A DNA stretch of 45,183 nucleotides, from contig CAMOLV010000001.1 in NCBI GenBank assembly GCA_946619045.1, positions 1 to 45,183 of the forward strand, in the 5' to 3' direction. How positions within the stretch are numbered: the first letter of the stretch is position 1; each line of letters begins with the position of its first letter. The position numbers were made by a program, and so were the translations under genes. The stretch comes from an uncultured Coriobacteriales bacterium. GTDB taxonomy: Bacteria > Actinomycetota > Coriobacteriia > Coriobacteriales > Atopobiaceae. This document shows, one piece after another, positions 17,578 through 25,792 of the stretch. The notes beneath the pieces are model-generated. The model saw only the letters and a list, made by a program, of their open reading frames with translations, did no database searches and was not told the DNA's origin.

Positions 17578-18528
17578 ATGGCGCAGCAAGATGTTCTCGA
17601 CCTCATCATCGTCGGCGGCGGTCCCGCCGGTCTTTCCGCGGCCCTGTATGCTCAGCGTGCGATGCTCGACACGCTTGTGTTCGAGAAGGAGGCGTTCGGC
17701 GGCCAGACGATCTTGACCTCCGAGATCGACAATTATCCCGGCGTTCCCCATACCGATGGCTATTCGCTCAGCGAGCAGATGAAATCCCAAGCAGAGGAGT
17801 TCGGTGCCCGTTTCGTCACCGATATGATCACCTCGATCGAGCACGACGACGAGAGCGGCCTCTTCACGGTCAATGCCTCCGGAGGAACCTACGTTTCTAA
17901 GTCCGTTGTCGTTGCCGGCGGAGCCACGCCTCGTCTCGCGGGCTTCGAGGGCGAGAACACGTATTCCGGGCATGGCGTCTCGTATTGCGCCACCTGCGAT
18001 GGCATGTTCTATCGTGGAAAGCGCGTCTTCGTCATCGGCGGCGGTAATTCCGCGTGCGAGGAGGCGCTGTTCCTCACGCGCTTCGCCTCGCAGGTCACGC
18101 TCGTGGTGCGCAAGGATCATCTCCGCGCCCAGGCTGTCGTCGCAAAGGAGCTGGAGGAGAACCCCAAGGTCGAGGTCAGGTATCTTACGAGCATCACCGC
18201 GGTAGACGGCGGCTCGCTTCTCAAGAGCGTGACGTTCCGCGATAACGCGACCGGCGAGACGCATGTCGAGGAGTTCGACGAGGGATCGTTCGGCGTCTTC
18301 GTCTTCGTCGGCAGGAACCCCGAGACGGGTCTCGTTGCCGATCTCGTCGACCTCGACGAGCAGGGCTATGCGATCACCAACGACCGTATGGAGACCAGGA
18401 CTCCCGGCCTGTTCTGCGCGGGGGATATGCGCAAGAAGTCGCTCAGGCAGGTCATCACCGCGGCAGCGGACGGTGCAATCGCCGCCACGAGCGCCGCTTC
18501 GTTCCTTGGGCAGCCTATCGAGGGATAA
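17578..18528 (+). CDS. trxB: Thioredoxin-disulfide reductase
   Basis: IIVGGGPAG, GVSYCATCDG, IGGGNSACEEA, GLFCAGD, RQVITAAADG; AGGGGAG RBS before ATG 17578. Confidence 0.95.
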   Translation: MAQQDVLDLIIVGGGPAGLSAALYAQRAMLDTLVFEKEAFGGQTILTSEIDNYPGVPHTDGYSLSEQMKSQAEEFGARFVTDMITSIEHDDESGLFTVNASGGTYVSKSVVVAGGATPRLAGFEGENTYSGHGVSYCATCDGMFYRGKRVFVIGGGNSACEEALFLTRFASQVTLVVRKDHLRAQAVVAKELEENPKVEVRYLTSITAVDGGSLLKSVTFRDNATGETHVEEFDEGSFGVFVFVGRNPETGLVADLVDLDEQGYAITNDRMETRTPGLFCAGDMRKKSLRQVITAAADGAIAATSAASFLGQPIEG

Positions 18529-18568
18529 TCGTATAAATAGGAAATTTTGAACATTACTTAAATCTTGA

Positions 18569-18621
18569 AATTCCAGGGTTTTAAGACGAGCGATTCTAAG
18601 CCGTTTTAAGGCCCTGGAATT
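18569..18621 (+). repeat. 20-bp stem / 13-nt loop hairpin in the AT-rich spacer after trxB
   Basis: AATTCCAGGGTTTTAAGACG pairs with CGTTTTAAGGCCCTGGAATT; 17 Watson-Crick plus 3 G-T pairs on the + strand. Confidence 0.8.
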
Positions 18622-18924
18622 CTATCAATGGGTTAGGAGTCATGAAATAGGCGGTTTTGGTACGGATGAATGTCAGAATCACCGAAGGAACAGCGCTCCT
18701 GTACAAAGCAGTCCATCGGGTTGCAGCCGTGAGAATTGCGACTGATTGAATGGTGCCATATGTGTATAGGGAGATGTGATCTGAGCGAATAAGATCGGAT
18801 CGCGCATCATATACGGAAGAGCGGAACGGGTTCATCAATAGGTGCCGGCTGCAGCCATACACGCGAGAACATCACTGTATCGTCTCATCGCGCATCAATG
18901 CGTTTCACAGGCGATTTCATATAA

Positions 18925-18952
18925 AACCGTGATAATATATCTTATGTAAAGT
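18925..18952. other. dif site (XerC/XerD chromosome dimer resolution): AACCGTGATAA TATATC TTATGTAAAGT
   Basis: 11-6-11 layout with ATAA-N6-TTAT core and a XerD arm one base from B. subtilis TTATGTAAACT; intergenic, at the gene-orientation switch. Confidence 0.87.
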
Positions 18953-18967
18953 AGAAGAAACTGCAGG

Positions 18968-18989
18968 AAAAAGGGGCTTTCCAGCCCCT
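18968..18989 (-). terminator. Rho-independent terminator after the NlpC/P60 genes
   Basis: Minus strand AGGGGCT-GGAA-AGCCCCT-TTTT. Confidence 0.75.
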
Positions 18990-19028
18990 CTCCCCTCGAT
19001 AATCTCAGTCAATGACGTGATGAGCCCA

Positions 19029-20243
19029 TCAGCCGCCGAATCCGCCGCCGATGCAGTCGTAGACCCATGCGACGCAGACGTACTGGCCAGGATACGGAGC
19101 GTGGATCATATACTCCCCTCCGAGGTAGATCGCAACATGGCCGTACGAGCAGAAGATGATGTCGCCGGGATTGAGCACTTCCTGATAGTTGGAGAGGTCG
19201 CAGCTCTTCCAATTGCCCCTGCCCTGGACCCAGCTCATGAGACCCGAAACGGACGTCGCATACGGCGTGCTGTAACCTGCCATCTGGTATGACGTGGCCA
19301 CAAGGCCGCAGCAGTCGTAGCCGTCGGCATCGGGACCGTAGTTCCTGCCGCTGTACCACGTCTTGTACGGCATGCCCACAAGCTGATACGCATTGGAGAT
19401 GACGTCGGGAGATGCTACGATCGACGGGCGCGTGTACGACGAGGTATCATCGCTCGACGAGCCGGAATCATCGCTGGACTCGCTGCCGGAATCCCCGCTA
19501 TCGGTTGCGCCATCATCGGAGACGGTACCTGTGTCGATGGCGCCGACAACATTGGCGAGACCCGACTGCTGAGCCTCGGCGGCCTGCTGGGCCTCGAGCT
19601 CGGCCTGCCGACGAGCCTCCTCCTCCGCCTGGCGTGCCAGCTCAGCCTGGATCTCGGCATCGAGCTGGTCGTAGTACGCCTGCGCCTCGGCGAGCTTGGC
19701 ATCGTACTCGGCAAGCTCCTTCTCGGTCTCGGCGATCTGCTGCTCCTGCTTCGTCTCGGCAACCTCGAGCTCGGTCTTCTGGTCTTCGAGCTGCTGCTCG
19801 AGCATGGAGATCTCATCGATGGCGTCGGCGTCGGACTCGGAGATCTTGTCCAGATAGTAGATGACGTTGACAAGGTCCTCGAAGTCGCGTGCACCGAAGA
19901 TCATGTCGAACACCGATCCGGCACCGCTCTTGTAGGAGCTCTTCATGCGCTTTCCGAGCACGATCCTTCGCTCGGCAAGCCTGAGCTGGGTCTCCTGGAT
20001 GGCGGTGTTTGTCTCGTCGATCTTGTTGCGCGTCTCCTCCAGATCCATCTCGGCCTGCATGAGATTTGCCTGGATATCGCCCATCTCCTGGCCGAGCTGC
20101 TCGAGCGTTGCACGTGCGGCATCGAGGTCGGCCTGCGTGGGAACGGCGTACGAGGTGTTCGAGAACACGAGGATGCTGGAAGCTGCAAGCAAGGCGCTGC
20201 AGCTCAGAGCTATGAATTTATTTTTAAAATGATGACGGATCAA
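19029..20243 (-). CDS. Secreted coiled-coil NlpC/P60 peptidoglycan endopeptidase (CwlO/RipC-like), copy 1
   Basis: Signal peptide, long coiled coil, S/D-rich linker, YDCCGLV, GHVAIY, MIHA; probable TTG start 20243 after AGGA. Confidence 0.88.
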   Translation of the reverse strand: MIRHHFKNKFIALSCSALLAASSILVFSNTSYAVPTQADLDAARATLEQLGQEMGDIQANLMQAEMDLEETRNKIDETNTAIQETQLRLAERRIVLGKRMKSSYKSGAGSVFDMIFGARDFEDLVNVIYYLDKISESDADAIDEISMLEQQLEDQKTELEVAETKQEQQIAETEKELAEYDAKLAEAQAYYDQLDAEIQAELARQAEEEARRQAELEAQQAAEAQQSGLANVVGAIDTGTVSDDGATDSGDSGSESSDDSGSSSDDTSSYTRPSIVASPDVISNAYQLVGMPYKTWYSGRNYGPDADGYDCCGLVATSYQMAGYSTPYATSVSGLMSWVQGRGNWKSCDLSNYQEVLNPGDIIFCSYGHVAIYLGGEYMIHAPYPGQYVCVAWVYDCIGGGFGG

Positions 20244-20259
20244 CGTGGATGTCCTGTCA

Positions 20260-21435
20260 TTAGTAGGGATAGACGAAGGGGCCGCCGCCGTAGAAGGCGT
20301 AGACCTCGGAGATGCAGACGACGCGTCCGGGGCTGGGTGCATGGACCATCATTCCCCCACCGATGTAGATGCCCACATGGTTGAACTCGGAGCGCGTGAA
20401 CACGAGGTCGCCGGGGACGAGCTGATCGAGGCTGTCCTTCCAGAGACCCGCCCTGATGATGGCGAGGCCGAGAGGCTCGGCTCCCGCTCTCCAGGTGCCG
20501 GTGCCGTAGCAGTAGCTGACGAGTCCGGAGCAGTCGAAACCGCCCGTGGAGAGGTTGTATCCGCCCCAGACATAGGGCCAGCCGAGGCAGGAGTAGGCGG
20601 AAGCCACGCCGCCGCCGGGGAACGGGCTGCTTCCGTCGCCGCCGCCGGGATCGTCGACGGTCTCGGAATCGCCGTAATCGGTGGAGCCGGGCGTGTTGCC
20701 GGTATCGTCTCCGCCAGCGTTGTTGCCGCCATCGTCGGTAGTGCCGCCGCCGGCGACATCGATGACGGCCGCTGCAGCGGCAGCCTGCTCGGCAGCGGCA
20801 GCCTCCTCGGCCTGGCGTGCGAGCTCCGCCTGGCGGGCAAGCTCGGCCTGGATCTCAGCATCGAGCTGGTTGTAGTAATCCTGGGCCTCGGCGACGAGCG
20901 CCTCGTACTCCCCTACCTTCTGCTCCATATCGGAGATGCGCTGCTCCTGATCGGCCTTCTGGACCTCGAGCGTCGCCATCTGCTCGTTGAGCTGGTCCTC
21001 GAGCTCCTTGATGCGACCGATCGTCTCGGCATCCTGCTCGCTGACCTTATCCATGTAATAGATGCGGTTCGCGAAGTCCTCGAGGCTCGTGGAGCTGAAC
21101 AGGACATCGAGGAAATTGACGGGGCCCGTCTTGTAGCCGCTGCGCATGCGCTTTGCCAACGTCGCGCGGGCGTAGGCGAGCTCGACGCGCGTGTCCTTGA
21201 TCTTGCCCTGCGTGGCCTCGATCTCGTTATCGGTGCGCACGAGATCGGCCTCCGCATCCTCGAGGTCGGCCTGGAACGCGATCAGCTGCGATCCAAGCTC
21301 GTCGATGCGGGCCTGGGCTTCCTCAAGATCGGCTTGGGACGGAACGGCATAGGCCCGTGCGGGGGCATACATGATCCCACCGAGCGCGAGCAGCATCGCG
21401 AATGCTGCAGATGCCAGTGTTTTCCTCAGTCCCAT
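20260..21435 (-). CDS. Secreted coiled-coil NlpC/P60 peptidoglycan endopeptidase, copy 2
   Basis: Signal peptide ending AYA, coiled coil, G/D-rich linker, PYVWGG, FDCSGLV, NHVGIY, MVHA. Confidence 0.92.
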   Translation of the reverse strand: MGLRKTLASAAFAMLLALGGIMYAPARAYAVPSQADLEEAQARIDELGSQLIAFQADLEDAEADLVRTDNEIEATQGKIKDTRVELAYARATLAKRMRSGYKTGPVNFLDVLFSSTSLEDFANRIYYMDKVSEQDAETIGRIKELEDQLNEQMATLEVQKADQEQRISDMEQKVGEYEALVAEAQDYYNQLDAEIQAELARQAELARQAEEAAAAEQAAAAAAVIDVAGGGTTDDGGNNAGGDDTGNTPGSTDYGDSETVDDPGGGDGSSPFPGGGVASAYSCLGWPYVWGGYNLSTGGFDCSGLVSYCYGTGTWRAGAEPLGLAIIRAGLWKDSLDQLVPGDLVFTRSEFNHVGIYIGGGMMVHAPSPGRVVCISEVYAFYGGGPFVYPY

Positions 21436-21500
21436 ATCAGAAATCCTTTCGACGTACGAATAATCATTCTAGCTGCGTTTCAGGGCGAATCCGTAACGTC

Positions 21501-21532
21501 CACAGTTCTGCCATGTGTGTGGCAGAACTGTG
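21501..21532. repeat. Perfect 13-bp inverted repeat CACAGTTCTGCCA-N6-TGGCAGAACTGTG between apt and the NlpC/P60 genes (terminator and/or operator)
   Basis: Directly visible; no U-tract on the coding (-) strand. Confidence 0.8.
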
Positions 21533-21544
21533 TTATTTGATAGA

Positions 21545-22081
21545 TTAGTTCACTTTGACGAGCGTGTAGACCTCGCGGTCGCCGAAATCGCGTGCAATGA
21601 CCTCGCGCGGGTTGAGGAAGCAGAGCTCGAGGAGGAACGCGAATCCCTCGACATGGGCTCCGGTCTTCTCGACGAGCTTCGCGACGGCGAGCGACGTGCC
21701 GCCGGTTGCGATGAGGTCGTCGACCACGAGCACCTTGTCGCCCGGCTCGAACGCATCCTGATGGACCTCGATGGTATCGGTGCCGTACTCGAGGGCATAG
21801 GACTCGCTGTAGACGGCGCGCGGCAGCTTGCCGGGCTTGCGGGCGGGAATGAAGCCCGCGCCGAGCTTGTAGGCGACGGGAGGGCCGACGAGGAAGCCGC
21901 GGGCCTCGGCGCCGACGACCTTGTTGATGCCCTTGTCGGCGAAATGCTCGGCGATGTCGTCTACGAGTGCGCGGAATGCCTCGGGGTCCTTGAACAGAGG
22001 CGTGATGTCCTTGAAGATGACGCCCGGCTCGGGATAATCGGGGATATCGATGACAAGGCTCTCGTAATCAAAATCAGACAC
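21545..22081 (-). CDS. apt: Adenine phosphoribosyltransferase
   Basis: PDYPEPGVIFKDITP, EARGF, RKPGKLP, YALEYG, VVDDLIATGGT. Confidence 0.97.
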   Translation of the reverse strand: MSDFDYESLVIDIPDYPEPGVIFKDITPLFKDPEAFRALVDDIAEHFADKGINKVVGAEARGFLVGPPVAYKLGAGFIPARKPGKLPRAVYSESYALEYGTDTIEVHQDAFEPGDKVLVVDDLIATGGTSLAVAKLVEKTGAHVEGFAFLLELCFLNPREVIARDFGDREVYTLVKVN

Positions 22082-22114
22082 GGACTTTCCTTTCGAACGT
22101 ATAGACGACCAGTG

Positions 22115-22846
22115 CTATTCCGTAGCGAGCGCATTGCGCACGCTGCGTTTGATGAGGGTGGAGCGGAGCGAGTTGGTGAGCGCGAGCATGCGGTTGAACG
22201 CCTCGTCGGCACGGGCGCGCGTCTCGTCGGAGCGCTCCATCTCGACACCGCCCGCCTTGGCGGTGTAGACGACGAGCGCCTGCTCGAACATGGCCGACTC
22301 GCGGTTCGCGGCCATGACGTACTGGCGAAGGTTCTTGGGCCCGATGCCGAACTTGCGCAGCTCGTCGCAGGTTCGGATGAGCTGGAGGTCGCGTCCCTCG
22401 ACAAGGTCGCGCCCCTGCGGCGACTTCTTGAACTGGATAAGTCCCGCATCGGCGAGCGAGCGGACGAAGCTCACCGTGGTGCCGCAGATCTCGGGCATGC
22501 GGTCGATGGGATGCAGCTTCTCGAGCATCTCGGCGGAATCGACGACCGGGACCTCCTCTCCCCCATCGGCGGCCGCGGGAACGGCCTTGGAGGGTTCGCG
22601 ATCCTGGCGCTCGAGCTGCTCCTTGATCACGGCAAGCGGATAGAAGCGGTGCTTCTGCATATAGAGGATGGATTCGAGCCGTGCGACATCCTTGGGCGAG
22701 TACTTGCGGTACCCGCCCGTGGAACGCAGCGGAGAGAGCAAGCCCTCATCTTCGAGATAGCGGACCTTGGAGACCGTGAGGTCCGGATACGTGGGCTGGA
22801 GTTTCTGGACCAGCTTTCCGATGGTGAGGTACTCGAAGTCAGACAT
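22115..22846 (-). CDS. Actinobacterial MerR-family regulator (Rv1828/FtsR-like)
   Basis: LTIGKLV..LQPTYPDLTVSKVRYLEDEGLLSP.RSTGGYRKY; follows the FHA gene as in garA-Rv1828. Confidence 0.85.
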   Translation of the reverse strand: MSDFEYLTIGKLVQKLQPTYPDLTVSKVRYLEDEGLLSPLRSTGGYRKYSPKDVARLESILYMQKHRFYPLAVIKEQLERQDREPSKAVPAAADGGEEVPVVDSAEMLEKLHPIDRMPEICGTTVSFVRSLADAGLIQFKKSPQGRDLVEGRDLQLIRTCDELRKFGIGPKNLRQYVMAANRESAMFEQALVVYTAKAGGVEMERSDETRARADEAFNRMLALTNSLRSTLIKRSVRNALATE

Positions 22847-22852
22847 GATCCC

Positions 22853-23284
22853 CTAGCTCTCCTGACGAGCGGCCCTCTGCCGCTTGTTGGTGTGGAAGAT
22901 GAGGCGGAACGTGCCGATCTGGATGGTGGAGCCGTCCTTGAGCTCCGCATCGTTGACGATAGCGCCGTCGACCCAGGTGCCGTTGAGGGACGAGAGGTCG
23001 GTGATGGTGGCGCGGCCGGTCTCGATGCCGGTGAGGTCCATGCGCGCATGATGGCGCGAGACCGTCATATCGTTGAGGAAGATGCTGTTGGAGGGGTCGC
23101 GTCCCAAGGTGATGACGGGCGTATCAAGGTCGTACGAATCGCCGAGATGCGGGCCCTTGACGATGGTGAGGGTGGGATATACGGGCTTCTGGGATGCCAT
23201 CAGGTCGGGAACCGTGGCATCGGCGGAGGGCATGCGGAAAATCTCGGTTTTGCCGCTTGTGGCGCGTACGTTGTTCGAATCCAT
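22853..23284 (-). CDS. Single-FHA-domain protein, GarA/OdhI-like
   Basis: LGRDP, IFLNDMTVSRHHA, DLSSLNGTWV, IQIGTFRLIF; N-terminal KTEIFR; AGGGAG RBS. Confidence 0.85.
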   Translation of the reverse strand: MDSNNVRATSGKTEIFRMPSADATVPDLMASQKPVYPTLTIVKGPHLGDSYDLDTPVITLGRDPSNSIFLNDMTVSRHHARMDLTGIETGRATITDLSSLNGTWVDGAIVNDAELKDGSTIQIGTFRLIFHTNKRQRAARQES

Positions 23285-23326
23285 GGGCAACTCCCTAGTA
23301 AAAAAGCCGATATTCCAATAATAGCG

Positions 23327-23704
23327 CTATCGGCAGGCGATGCAGTCCATCTCGATGAGCGCGCCGAGCGGAAGCGCCGAGACGCCCACCACGCTCCGCG
23401 CGGGCGCGGGCATGGGAAAGCGCTCCTCGAAGACGTTGTTGACCGCCTCGAGATTGGAGAGGTCGGTCAGGTAGATCGTGGTCTGCGCGATGTCGTCGAG
23501 CGTGCAGCCGACCTCCTCGAGCACGAGCTCGATAACGTCGATGACGCGCTCGGTCTGAGCCGTGATATCGCCCTCGATGAGGATCTCCGCATCATGGGCG
23601 ATGGGCAGCTGGCCCGATGTGAAGACGAGCCGCCCTGCGGTGGTTCCCTGCGAGTACGGCCCCGACGCCTCGGGCGCCTTACGTGCGTTGATGGCGTATT
23701 TCAC
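23327..23704 (-). CDS. RidA-family enamine/imine deaminase
   Basis: GPYSQ, FTSGQLP, PARS (catalytic Arg), LPLGALIEMD. Confidence 0.9.
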   Translation of the reverse strand: MKYAINARKAPEASGPYSQGTTAGRLVFTSGQLPIAHDAEILIEGDITAQTERVIDVIELVLEEVGCTLDDIAQTTIYLTDLSNLEAVNNVFEERFPMPAPARSVVGVSALPLGALIEMDCIACR

Positions 23705-24915
23705 TGCACGATCTCCTTCCTCGCATCATGCAAGCGCTCATAGGCTGCAGAGAGGCGTTCGAGGGCATTCTCGAGAACCCATGTGGGACAGGCGATGTTG
23801 AACCGCTCGAAGGACGCCCCCTCCTCGCCGAACATCGCGCCTCCGTCGAGATACAGCTGGGCCTCCTTATGGAGGAACATCTCCCTCTCGTCGGCATCCA
23901 TCCCCCATGCCGAGAAATCGACCCAGGGAAGATACGTGCCTTCGAGCGGGATGACCCTGAGACCGCCGAGCTTTCCGTCGAGCGTATCGACGAGAAGCCG
24001 GTAGTTGCGGTCGATGACGGGGATGAGCGCGTCGAGCCAGCCCTCGCATTCGTCATAGGCCGCGATGAGCGACCTGAACGCGAAGGCGTTGAGGCCGAAG
24101 AACCCCTCCGAGGCATGCTGGTCCTCGAAGCGCTTCCGCAGGGACTCGTCGGGGATGTAGATGACGGAGCCCAGCGTCCCGGCGAGGCTGAAGGTCTTCG
24201 AGTACGACGTGAAGACCGCGATGCGCCGGGCCTGCTCGGGTGTCGCGAGCTTGAGCAGCGTATGGTGGACATGCCCGGGAAGGATGAGGTCGTTGTGGAT
24301 CTCGTCGCAGAGGATGACGAGGCCGGCATCCGAGCAGATCTCGACCATCCTGAGAAGCTCTTCCTCGCTCCAGACGCGGCCCACGGGGTTATGGGGGCTG
24401 CAGATGATGATCGCCTTGGCCTCGGGGCTGTGGGCGATCCTATCGAGTGAATCGAAGTCGATCCGGTAGGATCCGTCTACTTCGATGAGCGGGTTTCTGA
24501 GAATCGTGCGCCCGGTGCGCTCGATCGCCATCGAGAAGGGATAGTAGACGGGCGGCTGGATGATGACGCCATCGCCCTCGTCGGTGAAGGCGCGGACGGC
24601 CGTGAACAGCGCGGGAACGACTCCCGGCGAGGTGACGATCCAGTCGCGCTCGGGCTTCCATCCATGGCGGCGTTCCTGCCATGCGATGCAGGCATCGTAG
24701 AAGGCGTCGGTAGGTTCGGTGTAGCCGAGCGTCGTCTCGTCGATGAGGCGATGCAGGGCGTTCTTGATAGGCTCGGGCGTCGCGAACTCCATGTCGGCGA
24801 CGCTCAGAGGCACGACATCGTCCGCGAGATCGGGGTTGTCGGAGAGCATCGCCTCCCACTTGGAGGCACCGGTTCCGCGTCGCTCGGGCAGGGTCTCGAA
24901 ATCGTAGGGCATCAT
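23701..24915 (-). CDS. MalY/PatB family PLP-dependent C-S lyase (cystathionine beta-lyase-like)
   Basis: SKW, LSVADMEF, PPVYYPF, CSPHNPVGRVW, DEIH, SKTFSLAG, EGTYLPW, RFNIACP. Confidence 0.92.
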   Translation of the reverse strand: MMPYDFETLPERRGTGASKWEAMLSDNPDLADDVVPLSVADMEFATPEPIKNALHRLIDETTLGYTEPTDAFYDACIAWQERRHGWKPERDWIVTSPGVVPALFTAVRAFTDEGDGVIIQPPVYYPFSMAIERTGRTILRNPLIEVDGSYRIDFDSLDRIAHSPEAKAIIICSPHNPVGRVWSEEELLRMVEICSDAGLVILCDEIHNDLILPGHVHHTLLKLATPEQARRIAVFTSYSKTFSLAGTLGSVIYIPDESLRKRFEDQHASEGFFGLNAFAFRSLIAAYDECEGWLDALIPVIDRNYRLLVDTLDGKLGGLRVIPLEGTYLPWVDFSAWGMDADEREMFLHKEAQLYLDGGAMFGEEGASFERFNIACPTWVLENALERLSAAYERLHDARKEIVQ

Positions 24916-24974
24916 TCGTTCCTTCATCTCGTTCCTGCAAACAGCATACGGCTATAGAGGCGGCTTTAGGGCGT

Positions 24975-25790
24975 TTACCTCGTGCCGAGTATGCCGCGCG
25001 CGCCGATATAATCGGCATCTGGCCTGAGGATCGACCAGGAGGCCAGATCGTCGTGCGGAACCTCGATGCGGTCGGATTCGCGCAGGGCGCCTCCCCATGG
25101 CAGGGTGTCGAGAAGCTGCTGTGCGGAGAGCATGCCCTGCGGATGCACATAGGTGAATGACAGGAAGCTTCTGAAGAGCCTGACGGAGAACGATGGCGGT
25201 GCGAATACGATGTAGCACGCTCCGTCGAAGGCGTCGAGATGGGCGAGGACGCAGGGGACGCGGTCGAACGCGATGCTCGCGACTTGGCCGCGCGAAGGCA
25301 GGGCCTGGTCGCCGGTATAGTCCCCGATCAGCTCCTCGACGCGCTCGCCGAGGAGCATCAGGGGCACGAGGAGGTCGGTCGCATCCTCGACCGCGACGCC
25401 TTCGAACGGACGCGATCCCTGCCGCTCGATTCCCTGGACGAACCCCATCCACGCCTTCAGGGTCTCGCCCTTATCGGAAACGTCGAGCAGCATGTACTCG
25501 TGCTCCCCTCCCCTTACGGCAAGGGGGACCGACACGAGGGCGCCGTCGCCCGTGAGGACGGCGGAGAAGCCGCAGGAGGCGACGGGAAGCTTGGTCCCCG
25601 CGCAGAGCGACTCGATGTACGAATGCGCATCCTCGCCGGACACGAAGCTGTAGAGGCACCCCGAGAGGTCGTACAGGCAGACGCCCTTCCGCGCCTCGTC
25701 GAGCGGGGTCTCGCCGAGGTATGAGATGACGCGACCATCATCGATGGATGCGCCGAGATGGGAATGCTCCTGCATGAGCGGCCAAGCCAT
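24975..25790 (-). CDS. Degenerate GcvT (aminomethyltransferase) N-terminal-domain protein
   Basis: PLMQEHSHLGA, LYDLS, VSGEDA, LTGDG, DYIG near the end; GGAGGGG RBS before ATG 25790. Confidence 0.65.
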   Translation of the reverse strand: MAWPLMQEHSHLGASIDDGRVISYLGETPLDEARKGVCLYDLSGCLYSFVSGEDAHSYIESLCAGTKLPVASCGFSAVLTGDGALVSVPLAVRGGEHEYMLLDVSDKGETLKAWMGFVQGIERQGSRPFEGVAVEDATDLLVPLMLLGERVEELIGDYTGDQALPSRGQVASIAFDRVPCVLAHLDAFDGACYIVFAPPSFSVRLFRSFLSFTYVHPQGMLSAQQLLDTLPWGGALRESDRIEVPHDDLASWSILRPDADYIGARGILGTR

Positions 25791-25792
25791 GG

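Noticed and set aside
18596-18862. 88-aa minus-strand ORF, and the RBS-ATG-AAA-TAG mini-ORF at 18642-18650 on +
   Set aside because: Atypical codon usage, no motif, overlap with the hairpin; no evidence of coding.
7519-18967. CTGCAGG recurring in three intergenic regions (about 7520, 16517, 18961)
   Set aside because: Short 7-mer that also occurs inside genes; significance cannot be judged without counts.
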